From the NCBI GenBank assembly GCA_038239115.1, contig JBBSFD010000012.1:3347-67346 (forward strand): a stretch of 64,000 nt of DNA, given 5' to 3'. Numbering within the stretch: position 1 is the first letter of the stretch; the number at the start of each line of letters is the position of its first letter. Below are positions 8,067 to 17,559 of the stretch, in pieces. The notes under the pieces are model-generated. The model was given only the letters and a program-made list of their open reading frames with translations, was not told where the DNA came from and did not search any database. A program made the position numbers and the translations under genes. Source of the DNA: Candidatus Limnocylindrales bacterium (GTDB taxonomy: Bacteria; Chloroflexota; Limnocylindria; Limnocylindrales; CSP1-4).

Positions 8067-8550
8067 GCTACGAGCAGCACCAAGGCGTCTGTCTAGGTCG
8101 GAGGTCCAGGCGCGGGTCGAGGCGGCGCCGGACTTCGTCGCGGGCTGGATCGCCGGACCGGAGCTCGACCAGCTCGTGGCGGGCTACGAGGCGATCACCG
8201 GCGTCAGAGTCCGGTCGTTCCGGAAGCGCGACCTCATCGCCGCGACCTCCCGCACGTGGGGCCCGCTCTTCCTCGACGCTCTTCAGCGGCGACTCGCCGA
8301 GAGCGGCACCGAGACGAACCTCCTGGCCGACTTGCGTTCAGGACCGCCGCGATCAGCGGTCTCCGTGCGCCACATCCATCCCGAAGCGCACTGGTCCTGC
8401 CCGTGCGCCGAGGAGAGTCTGCTTACAGACGTGATCTACTGCGCGGCTCATCGCCCACTGTTCGATCCGACCTCGAAGCGACGCTACGATCGCCATCCTT
8501 CGAACCCGGCGGCCGCCCGATTCTTCCCCGGTGCAGGTGGCTCGGGATGA
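8059..8550 (+). CDS. hypothetical protein, first gene of the recombinase operon
   Basis: ORF with His/Cys cluster HPEAHWSCPCAEESLLTDVIYCAAH. Its stop overlaps the start of the next ORF (ATGA at 8547-8550). Confidence 0.4.
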   Translation: MLVLRAAPRRLSRSEVQARVEAAPDFVAGWIAGPELDQLVAGYEAITGVRVRSFRKRDLIAATSRTWGPLFLDALQRRLAESGTETNLLADLRSGPPRSAVSVRHIHPEAHWSCPCAEESLLTDVIYCAAHRPLFDPTSKRRYDRHPSNPAAARFFPGAGGSG

Positions 8551-8708
8551 CCGTCGCGACCGAACCTCTGCCAATCCACCGGCCGGCGACCGTGGCTGAG
8601 TCTGCCTCCGACGCGCTCGAGGCGCGGCTTGCCGACTGGCTCGCGGCTGTTGCCCAGGAGGCGATCGCGCCACCGCTGCCGCCCGATGGATTCGAAGAGC
8701 CCATATGA
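8547..8708 (+). CDS. small hypothetical protein (53 aa); possible recombination directionality factor or accessory protein
   Basis: MTVATEPLPIHRPATVAESASDALEARLADWLAAVAQEAIAPPLPPDGFEEPI. ATGA overlaps at both ends (with 8059..8550 and with the serine recombinase at 8705). Below the 60-aa cutoff of the ORF track as an independent ORF. Confidence 0.3.
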   Translation: MTVATEPLPIHRPATVAESASDALEARLADWLAAVAQEAIAPPLPPDGFEEPI

Positions 8709-10198
8709 CCGTTGCAATCGCGGCCGAACCACGCATTCATGGACGGGTGAGCCAGCACCTGATCTACGTCCGCCGCTCGTACAAGGAGGCGACGGCCGCC
8801 GACGTGAGCGACGAGATGCAAGAAGCTGCCTGTCGAGCGCTCCTGCCAGCGGGCGTCACTGCCCGGGTGATCAGCGACTCCGGCGGCCACCCGTCGGGCT
8901 CGACCGCCGCCCGGGACGGCTACCAGGCGCTCCTGCGGGCAATCGCCGACGGCGAGGCCAGCGCGATCGTGGTCTACGACCTCTCGCGTCTGGCCCGTAA
9001 TGCCCGGCTGATGCTCGATCTCCACAGCCAGCTCGAACGCCAGCAGATCCCGCTGCTCGTGGCCAACATGCCCGGGGCGAGCTTCGATGGGGCCACCGGG
9101 CGCTACATGTTCGGGCAGCTCTGCCTCGCCGCGCAGCTCCAGCGCGACCTCGATTCCGAGCGGATGACCCGGATGCAGCACGGGCTGTTCGAGGATGGCC
9201 GCCATCGCGGGCATGATCCCTTCGGCTATCGGAGCCGACGCGATCAGTCGGGAAACCTGTGCCATCCCCGTGACCTCCTCGTCGTGGCCGAGGAGGCCGG
9301 GGTCGTCCGGCGGATCTGGGATGAGCTCACGGGCCGCTCCCTGGCCGAGATCGCCGAGCTGCTCAACCGCGAAGGGATTAGCCATCGCGTCGAGCGAGCC
9401 TGGACGCGGGAGGCGGTCAAGGACATCGTCCGGCGGGGCCGGATGTACCTCGGCTACGCGGTCGAGAAGCGCGGTCGAGACGAACGACGGGGCCGCCACG
9501 AGCCGATCCTGACCGAGGTCCAGTACGCCAGCGGGGTCGAGGCGATCGAGCGGCGACGACGCGTTGGCAACAAGCCCAAGCCGTTCCGCCATTACCTGCT
9601 GCGTGGCCTCCTGGTCTGCGCTTGTGGAACGAAGATGCGAGGGGAGGCCCACCTCCAGCGCGGGACGGAGCGCCGCTACTATCGCTGCCCGACCCTAGGC
9701 TGCCGGGCTCCCCGCTCGTTTGCCGGCGATCTCGAGGCCGAAGTCCTCGCCTCGATCGCCGAAGCCGTCCTGCCCGCCGCGGTGGTCGAGGCGGCGCGGT
9801 GCGAGCTGCGGCGGAGGCTTGAGACGCCCGAGCTCGTCACGGCCGGTCGTCAGCGCGAGCGCCTGCTCACCCGGCTTGAGCAGCTCAAGAAGCAGCACGG
9901 ATGGGGTGATCTCACCGACGCCGACTACCAAGCCCAACGCGACGCGGCCCGGACGACGCTCGCGGGGCTACCCGATGAGGACAGAGTCCGTTCGTTCGAT
10001 GCCTACCGGGCTCGGCTGTTGGCCCTACCCGAGGCGATCGCACTGGCGTCGCCTGCCCGCCAGGAAGAGCTCTGCCGGCTGCTCGTCGAACGGGTTCTCG
10101 TACGGGACCGCAGGGTCGAATCGATCGACTGGGTGCCCGCAGCACGGCCATTCTTCGAAAAACAGCGGGAGTGCCCCCAAGGGGATTCGAACCCCTGA
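8705..10198 (+). CDS. large serine recombinase (resolvase N-terminal catalytic domain + recombinase domain + zinc ribbon/coiled-coil)
   Basis: N-terminal IYVRRSYKE (catalytic Ser context) with resolvase-fold motifs (AIVVYDLSRLARN). Central recombinase domain. C-terminal Cys-rich LLVCACGTKMRG...YYRCPTLGCR zinc-ribbon. The last 27 nt overlap the 3' end of tRNA-Glu. Confidence 0.85.
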   Translation: MTVAIAAEPRIHGRVSQHLIYVRRSYKEATAADVSDEMQEAACRALLPAGVTARVISDSGGHPSGSTAARDGYQALLRAIADGEASAIVVYDLSRLARNARLMLDLHSQLERQQIPLLVANMPGASFDGATGRYMFGQLCLAAQLQRDLDSERMTRMQHGLFEDGRHRGHDPFGYRSRRDQSGNLCHPRDLLVVAEEAGVVRRIWDELTGRSLAEIAELLNREGISHRVERAWTREAVKDIVRRGRMYLGYAVEKRGRDERRGRHEPILTEVQYASGVEAIERRRRVGNKPKPFRHYLLRGLLVCACGTKMRGEAHLQRGTERRYYRCPTLGCRAPRSFAGDLEAEVLASIAEAVLPAAVVEAARCELRRRLETPELVTAGRQRERLLTRLEQLKKQHGWGDLTDADYQAQRDAARTTLAGLPDEDRVRSFDAYRARLLALPEAIALASPARQEELCRLLVERVLVRDRRVESIDWVPAARPFFEKQRECPQGDSNP

Positions 10199-10245
10199 TC
10201 TCCACCTTGAAAGGGTGGCGTCCTAGGCCTCTAGACGATGGGGGC
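10172..10245 (-). tRNA. tRNA-Glu (anticodon TTC)
   Basis: Minus-strand sequence GCCCCCATCGTCTAGAGGCCTAGGACGCCACCCTTTCAAGGTGGAGATCAGGGGTTCGAATCCCCTTGGGGGCA folds as a cloverleaf: 7-bp acceptor stem, D-arm, anticodon stem CCACC/GGTGG with loop CTTTCAA (anticodon TTC), T-arm AGGGG-TTCGAAT-CCCCT. CCA is not encoded. Confidence 0.85.
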
Positions 10246-10262
10246 CGGGCCGGCCGAGTGTA

Positions 10263-10982
10263 TCAGGGCCTCGTGGCCGAGCCGCTCGTCCGACTCGCCC
10301 GCGCCGCCGGGATCCAGAGGATCCCATCGCCCGGCCAGACAAGATCGACTTCCTTCAGCGCGGCTTCGATGAGCGCCGACGCGACCGGGAATGCGGACGC
10401 AATCGTCTCGGGATGCTTGGCCACGATCTCCCGATGATGCCTCGTGGCCGGCAAGGCCAGGACAACGTGGATCGTCCGATCCGCAAGGGCACCTGACGCG
10501 AAGGCGTCACGCTTCACGTGCAGCTCGCGAATGATCTCCTCGAGGCTGCCGACCCGGGACTCGACCTCGATGAGGACGGTGCGTCCTGGCTGGTCGAGGC
10601 GCAGGTCGACCGACATGCGGGCGTTACCCGGGACAGACGCCTCCACGGTGCGCCGCCATCTCCGGTCCGTCATGGCCAGGATCGATTCGCCGATCGCGGC
10701 CTGGGCCGCGTCGCGGATCAGCGGCCCGCTTTGAGCGTAGGCGCTCACGCGCAGCTCGGCTCCCAGAAGCGCTGCCGCGCGAAAGCGGATCGGCAAGCTC
10801 ACCTGTGGGTCGCCACGCTCGAGTCGGGAGATCACCGTGCGGTCGATGGCGAGGGCGCGGCCGACTGCCGCCTGCGAGATGCCTGCTCGGAGCCTGAGCG
10901 CGGCGAGCTCGATTCCGAGGCGGTGGGCCTGAGCGCGGGCCTGCCGATCGCCTTCGCGCATTGCCGTCCGATTCGCGACCAT
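10263..10982 (-). CDS. XRE-family HTH transcriptional regulator with C-terminal domain of unknown function
   Basis: AGISQAAVGRALAIDRTVISRLERGD HTH_XRE motif near the N-terminus, then about 170 aa of non-repetitive sequence. Confidence 0.7.
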   Translation of the reverse strand: MVANRTAMREGDRQARAQAHRLGIELAALRLRAGISQAAVGRALAIDRTVISRLERGDPQVSLPIRFRAAALLGAELRVSAYAQSGPLIRDAAQAAIGESILAMTDRRWRRTVEASVPGNARMSVDLRLDQPGRTVLIEVESRVGSLEEIIRELHVKRDAFASGALADRTIHVVLALPATRHHREIVAKHPETIASAFPVASALIEAALKEVDLVWPGDGILWIPAARASRTSGSATRP

Positions 10983-11280
10983 TCGGCCTCTGCTCCGATC
11001 TGGTGCCCGCCATGTGTGTGCTCAGTACATCAAACGGGCATAGACGAGGGCTTACCGGCCCTTGAACCGGCGATTTCGGGTCCCGCCAGGAGGTTGAAGG
11101 TGAAGGATGAGCACGGCCGAGGGCGCCGTGAGCGTGGGACGATGCCGAATCGATCGGCTCAAGGGACGGAGACGCACCAAAACGGATCTGAACCGTCAGT
11201 TTGAGGTTCTGAGCACACACCCCGGCGGCGCCGGAAACCACGCCAAGGCAGCCCGGGACGAGGACTCGGGAGCAGGAGGC

Positions 11281-11607
11281 TCAGCCTGGGTGGTAGAGCA
11301 GGCCCAGGATCATGGCCACGGCCAGCGTGCCGGCGGCTGCGATCGCGGCCACGCCGCCGGCAATCGCCATGAGCACGGCCCGGCCGGCCTGGCCGTCGCG
11401 GGCGGCCCGGTAGGTCGCGCTCGCGCCGCTGACGGCGATGATGATCAGGACGATGCCCAGGATCGTGGCCGACGTGGTCAGGAGGGGGATCTGGCTGTTG
11501 TCGCGAGTGACGAATGCGTAGATCGCCAGGGCGAGCGAACCAGCCAGGGCGATCGCGATGCAGACCCGGATCGGGGTGATCCTGGGCGGCCGGATTGCTG
11601 GGGTCAT
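11281..11607 (-). CDS. small integral membrane protein (3 predicted TM helices)
   Basis: Hydrophobic segments CIAIALAGSLALAIYAF, ILGIVLIIIAVSGA, LMAIAGGVAAIAAAGTLAVAMILGLL. 4-bp overlap with the upstream gene. Confidence 0.4.
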   Translation of the reverse strand: MTPAIRPPRITPIRVCIAIALAGSLALAIYAFVTRDNSQIPLLTTSATILGIVLIIIAVSGASATYRAARDGQAGRAVLMAIAGGVAAIAAAGTLAVAMILGLLYHPG

Positions 11608-12269
11608 GCGCCGCCTTTGATGCGGTGATAGACGGCCACGTTGTAGGTCAGCCGGGGCCGCGTCAGGGAAGCCACGATCGCCGAGCCAACGCTACCGAAG
11701 GCCTCGTCCACAAAGGCCCTGATGTCATCCATCGTGTCAAAGGTCCAGAAGGTGTGCACGACGCGGATCCTGAAGCCGGTCTTGAGGAACCAGCCATCAC
11801 GACGACTCCACGTCCGGTATTCGGGCAGGTCGCCGCGTAGGCCGGACACGTCATCCCGGCCGTAGTCATGGACGATCAGCAGCCGGCCCGCGTGGCGCAG
11901 GAGGCGCTCGGCCTGCTGGAGCTCGTCCAGCCGAGGATCCGCCGGTCCGGCCGGGCCGCTCGCGTTTTCGCCAGCCGGGCCGCCGGCACCGACGCCGCCG
12001 CGGAAGCCCGACCAGTAGGCCACGATCACGTCGGCGCTGGCATCGGGCAGGGCCGCGCTGCCCGCCCACGAGTCAACGACCGTGACCCGGGCGCCCAGCT
12101 CCTGGAGCTGCCGGGCGCGCGCGGATCCGCCGCCGAGAAGGACCACATCGCGACCCCCCACCGGGCCGAGTGCCTCGAGTGCGCGTGGGATCTTGCCTTC
12201 GACGTCGAGACTGCGGAGCAGTCGCCCGGCCAGCTCGGTGTTGGCCGGATCGAACGGGAGATCAGCCAC
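11604..12269 (-). CDS. class I SAM-dependent methyltransferase-like protein
   Basis: Gly-rich nucleotide-binding motif VVLLGGGSARARQLQELGARVTVVD followed by acidic-loop residues typical of the Rossmann-fold MTase. Confidence 0.5.
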   Translation of the reverse strand: MADLPFDPANTELAGRLLRSLDVEGKIPRALEALGPVGGRDVVLLGGGSARARQLQELGARVTVVDSWAGSAALPDASADVIVAYWSGFRGGVGAGGPAGENASGPAGPADPRLDELQQAERLLRHAGRLLIVHDYGRDDVSGLRGDLPEYRTWSRRDGWFLKTGFRIRVVHTFWTFDTMDDIRAFVDEAFGSVGSAIVASLTRPRLTYNVAVYHRIKGGA

Positions 12270-12310
12270 AGGCCGGGGAGTATAGACGCGAGTCGTGCGC
12301 GGTGGCAGCC

Positions 12311-13879
12311 TCAGCCCGGCAGGAGCACCACGCCGTATCGGGCGGGCACGACCAGGTCCAGATGACCATCGGCGCCCACGGTCGAGCCGGCCAGCCGGGC
12401 CTCCGGCTCATCGCGCGTCGCCACGACCGGGGCGAGCCGCTGCCCGGCCAGCTCGACGGCCTGGATCGTCAGCTCCGCGGCACCCTCACCGGCGTTGACG
12501 ATGACCAGGGCGGGCGGCGTTCCGGGCGGCAGATCGCTCAGCTCGTCCCATGCACCGGAGCGCAGGATCCCGATCGAATCGCCGGACGTGCCCGCGATCC
12601 GCAGGCCCCCATTGCGCAGGACCGGCTGCTCGTGGCGCAGGGCCAGGAGGGCCCGCATGTACGCCAGCGTCGGCTGGTCCCAGGCCGCATCGTCCCACGG
12701 GTAGGCCCGCCGGCAGTCCGGATCGTTGGCCCCTTCCATGCCGATTTCGTCGCCGTAGTAGATGCAGGGTGCACCGGGCAAGGTGGTCTGGAGCATGAAC
12801 GCCAGCCGGATCCCCGCTTCGTCCCGGCTGAGCAGGGTTCGGACCCGGGGGGTGTCGTGGCTGTCGAGGAGGTTGAGCTGGACCGCGTCCGTCTCGGGCG
12901 CATAGGCCGCCAGGACCGACACGATCCGGCCGGCCATCTCCGCGCCGCTCAGACGCACGATCCGCGAATACTCGGCGTGGCTGTGGACGATCTCGTTGTC
13001 CAGGTGGTGGGCCCCGGCATAGCCCAGGATCGCCTCGGCCAGCGGGTAGTTCATCGTGGCATCGAAGCGGTCGCCGGCCGTCCAGTCCGGCGCGACGTGC
13101 CAGATCTCGCCGACCAGGTAGGCCTCCGGGTTGACCGCCCGGACGCGCGCCCGGAAGGCCTGCCAGAAGGCTGGATCGGCGATCTCCTCGGGCACGTCCA
13201 GCCGCCAGCCGTCGATGCCGAACCTGACCCAGTGCTCGGCCACGGTCAACAGATAATCCCGGACCGGCTGGAAGTCGGTGTTGAGCTTGGGCAGGGCGGG
13301 CAGGCCCCACCACGCCTCGTAGCCGAGGCGGTCGATCGAGCTCGCCCCTTCGCCCGCCTGGCCGGGGGCCGGAATCGTGCGGCCGGTGTCCGGATAGGCC
13401 AGCAGCTGGACCCCGCCATCAAGCGCCGGGCGGTCCTCGCGGAACCAGTCAAGGTAGGGCGACGAGGCGCCGTTCTCGAGGACGTGGTGGAACGCCCAGA
13501 AGCCCCGTCCGGTGTGGTTGAACACGCCGTCGAGGACGACCCGTATGCCCCAGGCATGGGCCGCGTCGAGCAGCTCGCGCAGGGCCGCGTCGCCACCGAG
13601 CAGGGGGTCCACTCTGAGGTAGTCATAGGTGTGGTAGCGGTGGTTCGAGGCCGAGGCAAAGATCGGAGTGAGGTAGAGCGCCGTGATCCCCAGATCGGCG
13701 AGCATCGGCAGGTGCTCGGCGATTCCGAGCAGGTCGCCGCCCTTGAAGCCGTGGGTCGTGGGCGGGTCCGACCAGGGCTGGAGGTGACCCGGCTTGGGCA
13801 CCCGGTCACTGGCGGCGAAACGGTCCGGAAAGATCTGGTAGAAGACGGCATCGCGGACCCAGCGCGGCGTGTCGATCAC
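12311..13879 (-). CDS. glycoside hydrolase family 13 (alpha-amylase family) enzyme
   Basis: GH13 conserved regions: DGVFNH (region I), GWRLDV (region II, catalytic Asp), GEIWH (region III, Glu), LLDSHDT (region IV). Confidence 0.85.
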   Translation of the reverse strand: MIDTPRWVRDAVFYQIFPDRFAASDRVPKPGHLQPWSDPPTTHGFKGGDLLGIAEHLPMLADLGITALYLTPIFASASNHRYHTYDYLRVDPLLGGDAALRELLDAAHAWGIRVVLDGVFNHTGRGFWAFHHVLENGASSPYLDWFREDRPALDGGVQLLAYPDTGRTIPAPGQAGEGASSIDRLGYEAWWGLPALPKLNTDFQPVRDYLLTVAEHWVRFGIDGWRLDVPEEIADPAFWQAFRARVRAVNPEAYLVGEIWHVAPDWTAGDRFDATMNYPLAEAILGYAGAHHLDNEIVHSHAEYSRIVRLSGAEMAGRIVSVLAAYAPETDAVQLNLLDSHDTPRVRTLLSRDEAGIRLAFMLQTTLPGAPCIYYGDEIGMEGANDPDCRRAYPWDDAAWDQPTLAYMRALLALRHEQPVLRNGGLRIAGTSGDSIGILRSGAWDELSDLPPGTPPALVIVNAGEGAAELTIQAVELAGQRLAPVVATRDEPEARLAGSTVGADGHLDLVVPARYGVVLLPG

Positions 13880-13935
13880 ACCGTCAGCCTAACGGGCCGT
13901 CCGGGACGGAGTCGGCCCGGCTCGCGACGTGCTCC

Positions 13936-14301
13936 TTAGACCTCGTTCAACCAGGCCCGCACGCCAGGGGCCAGCAGGCCCCGGAAGAGGAGCACGGCAA
14001 GGGCGGCGAAGAACAGGGTGGCCGCAATCCGGGGCCCGGTCACGTTGAACGACAGCCAGGCCAGGGGGATCGCCGGCAGGGTCAGGGTGGCCAGGCCCAG
14101 GGCCAGGGTCCGGGCGGCTTCCTTGCGCTGGATCACCAGGGTCATCGTGAAGATGGTGTAGGCCAGCAGGATCATCACGATCACCCCGATTGGGCTGACC
14201 GGGGCCGAGATGGCCTGGTCGATCACGAAGCGCAGCGAGAGCCCGATGATCATGAGGATGAGCGAGCCGTAGACCAGGAAGATTCGAATGCCGTTGGGCA
14301 T
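13936..14301 (-). CDS. small integral membrane protein (4 TM)
   Basis: Start placed at the internal MPNGIRIFLVYGSLILMIIGL. The upstream part of the 258-aa ORF is Arg/Pro-rich and overlaps the divergent DUF3105 gene. Confidence 0.4.
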   Translation of the reverse strand: MPNGIRIFLVYGSLILMIIGLSLRFVIDQAISAPVSPIGVIVMILLAYTIFTMTLVIQRKEAARTLALGLATLTLPAIPLAWLSFNVTGPRIAATLFFAALAVLLFRGLLAPGVRAWLNEV

Positions 14302-14486
14302 GTCCCGCAGGGTCGGCTTAGCCGGCGGCTGCGCCCGCCCCCCGGACCTGGCTCGCTGTTTGCTCACCGCCTGATAATGCCATGACCCGCGCACGAGTCG
14401 GCCGGGGACGGTACCCTTGGCCGCCGAGGCCGCTAGATTGGCTTCATCGAGCCCTGTCGCCCCGTCGATCTGACCCTGAGGAAACC

Positions 14487-15575
14487 TTGAGCAAAGCATC
14501 CCGCCGCAGCTCACGGACCACCCGTGGAGTTCCGGCCAACCCGAATCGCAATCCGAATGGCCCGGCCGCGTCCAGCCCGCCGCCGCCCAGCGCGGCCGCC
14601 CCCGGCAGCGCCACGCCGACCGGTCAGGGCGCGAGCTCCGTCGTCCCGCCGATGGTCGTCTCGGTGCCGGCCTCGGGCGCCAAACCGGCCGCGGGCGCCA
14701 AGCCCGGCTCAACCAGGCCGGGCTCGACCAGGCCGCCGGCCAGCCGATCGTCGAGTCGCTCGGGCAGCTCGGGACGGCCCCGTCGGACGCTCTATCAGCC
14801 CTCGTTCTACCAGCGCCATCGAACAGTCCTGCTGAGCCTCGTTGTGGTGGCGATCGTGGCGGTCGTGGGCGCCTTCTTCTTCTTCAGCGCAACGGCCAGC
14901 GCCTATACCTGCACGACCATCACTCAGCCCCAGCCGTCCGGGACGCCCCTGCCCAACGGCTCGCCGGCCCTCGTCGGCCAGGCCCAGCCGGACATGGGCA
15001 ACCTGCACATCGCGGTGGGCTCGAATCAGCGCTACTCGTACTGCCCGCCGGCCTCCGGCCCGCACTACAACAACCCGGGCGTAGATGGCCCGATCCCGGC
15101 CAAGTTCTACGGCCCGGACGCCGGCACCCGGCCGGAAGGCTGGATCCACAACCTCGAGCACGGCGCGGTGGTGATCCTCTACAACTGCAACATGGGCGCC
15201 TGTACCGCGGAGAACCAGACCGCCTTGCAGGCGCTGACCGTGAACTTCCCGGATAGCCCGGTGTGCAAGGTCAAGGCTGGCGTGCTCGCGCCCGTCATCG
15301 CCCGCTTTGACAACATGCCCGAGCCCTATGCCGCCCTGGTCTGGGATCGCGTGCTGTATCTGACGAGTGTCGACCGCGACCAGATCCTCCAGTTCTACGC
15401 GACCGAGGCCGAGACCACGAACCCGGAGATGCAGTGCACCCGGCCGTCGCCCGGCCTGGCGCCGAGTGCGGCACCGAGCGGAGCCTCGCCCGCCGCCAGC
15501 CCGGTGGCAAGTCCGACAGCCAGCCCGACGCCCAGCCCGACGCCCAGCCCAACGCCCTCGGCCAGCCCGAGCTGA
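14487..15575 (+). CDS. DUF3105-family membrane-anchored protein with Pro/Ser/Thr-rich tails
   Basis: Conserved CPPASGPHY...WIHNLEHGAVVILYNC core typical of DUF3105. One TM helix (LLSLVVVAIVAVVGAFFFF). Start chosen at TTG 14487 preceded by GAGGAAA. C-terminal (SPTP)n low-complexity tail. Confidence 0.6.
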   Translation: MSKASRRSSRTTRGVPANPNRNPNGPAASSPPPPSAAAPGSATPTGQGASSVVPPMVVSVPASGAKPAAGAKPGSTRPGSTRPPASRSSSRSGSSGRPRRTLYQPSFYQRHRTVLLSLVVVAIVAVVGAFFFFSATASAYTCTTITQPQPSGTPLPNGSPALVGQAQPDMGNLHIAVGSNQRYSYCPPASGPHYNNPGVDGPIPAKFYGPDAGTRPEGWIHNLEHGAVVILYNCNMGACTAENQTALQALTVNFPDSPVCKVKAGVLAPVIARFDNMPEPYAALVWDRVLYLTSVDRDQILQFYATEAETTNPEMQCTRPSPGLAPSAAPSGASPAASPVASPTASPTPSPTPSPTPSASPS

Positions 15576-15577
15576 GG

Positions 15578-16480
<903 letters not shown>

Positions 16481-16484
16481 CAAC

Positions 16485-17558
16485 ATGGCCGAGGGGCAGA
16501 TCCCGGACACGATGCGGGCGCTGGTCAAGGCCAGTCCGTCGGCCGGGGCCGAGCTGCGCGACGTGCCCGTGCCCGTGCCCGGCGACGGCGAGCTCCTCAT
16601 CCGGGTCGAGGCGGCCAGCCTGTGTGGAACGGACCTGCACATCTATCGCTGGGACGACTGGGCGATGAACCGGCTGGGCGGCGGCCTGCCCCGGATCTTC
16701 GGCCATGAGATGGCCGGCCGGGTGGTTGCCCACGGACCCAATGTCCGCGGCCGGGGCGAGATTCCGCTGGGCACGCTGGTCGCCGCCGAGACCCACCTGG
16801 TCGACCAGAGCTGCTACCAGTGCCGGACCGGCCGCGAGCACGTCTGCGCCAACCTGCGCATCCTGGGCGTGGACACGAATGGGGCGTTCGCCCAGTACGT
16901 CGCTCTGCCGGCCCACAACGCCTGGCCGTCGGAGGGCTTGAGCGCCGAGATCGCGGCCATCCAGGAGCCCATGGGCAACGCCGTCCACGCCGCTTTCGTC
17001 GAAGAGCTCGCCGGCCAGACGGTCGTGGTCACCGGCTGCGGCCCGATCGGCCTCATGACCGTCGCGATTGCCAACCTCGCCGGGGCGGCCAAGGTCTTCG
17101 CCACCGACATCAACCCCGAGCGACTCGAGATCGCCCGCCGGCTGGGTGCCGATGTCGTGATCAACGGCAACGAGGAGGACGTGGTCGCCCGGTTGCGCCA
17201 GCTGACCGGCGGGGTGGGCGTCGACGTGGTCCTCGAGATGAGCGGCGCCGAGATCGCCATCCGCCAGGGCTTCGAAGCGGTCACGAACGGCGGCCGGGTC
17301 TCGCTGCTGGGGATCCCGGAGCGGCCGATCACGCTGGACCTGGCCAGCGACGTCATCTTCAAGGGACTGCGGGTCTACGGGATCACCGGCCGCAAGATGT
17401 TCGAGACCTGGTATCGGACCCAGGCCCTCCTGGCCCAGGGCCTCGACCTGACCCCGATCGTGACCCACCGGATCCCGTTGCGCGACTACCACCAGGCGTT
17501 CGAGCTGCTGGCCGGTGGCCACGCCGGCAAAGTCGTGCTCCTGCCGCAGGAGGCCTGA
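16485..17558 (+). CDS. tdh: L-threonine 3-dehydrogenase
   Basis: Zn-dependent MDR fold (CGTDLHIY, GHEMAG, GCGPIGL Rossmann) and the TDH-specific C-terminus GRKMFETWYRTQALL...GKVVL. Closely collinear with characterised Tdh. Confidence 0.85.
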   Translation: MAEGQIPDTMRALVKASPSAGAELRDVPVPVPGDGELLIRVEAASLCGTDLHIYRWDDWAMNRLGGGLPRIFGHEMAGRVVAHGPNVRGRGEIPLGTLVAAETHLVDQSCYQCRTGREHVCANLRILGVDTNGAFAQYVALPAHNAWPSEGLSAEIAAIQEPMGNAVHAAFVEELAGQTVVVTGCGPIGLMTVAIANLAGAAKVFATDINPERLEIARRLGADVVINGNEEDVVARLRQLTGGVGVDVVLEMSGAEIAIRQGFEAVTNGGRVSLLGIPERPITLDLASDVIFKGLRVYGITGRKMFETWYRTQALLAQGLDLTPIVTHRIPLRDYHQAFELLAGGHAGKVVLLPQEA

Positions 17559-17559
17559 G

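Noticed and set aside
455-10245. Interpretation of the island as a prophage
   Set aside because: No terminase, portal, capsid, tail, holin/lysin or replication genes are present. The recombinases are accompanied only by regulatory/toxin-type cargo, so an integrative island or remnant is the better description.
12170-13939. 589-aa plus-strand ORF covering the GH13 gene
   Set aside because: Antisense to a confidently identified glycoside hydrolase. Arg/Gly/Asp/Pro-dominated composition.
15440-15575. Tandem SPTP/ASP DNA repeats (and similar at 57540-57768) as possible CRISPR or satellite repeats
   Set aside because: Repeats are in-frame codon repeats inside ORFs encoding low-complexity protein tails. 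No spacer/repeat periodicity of CRISPR type and no cas genes anywhere in the window.
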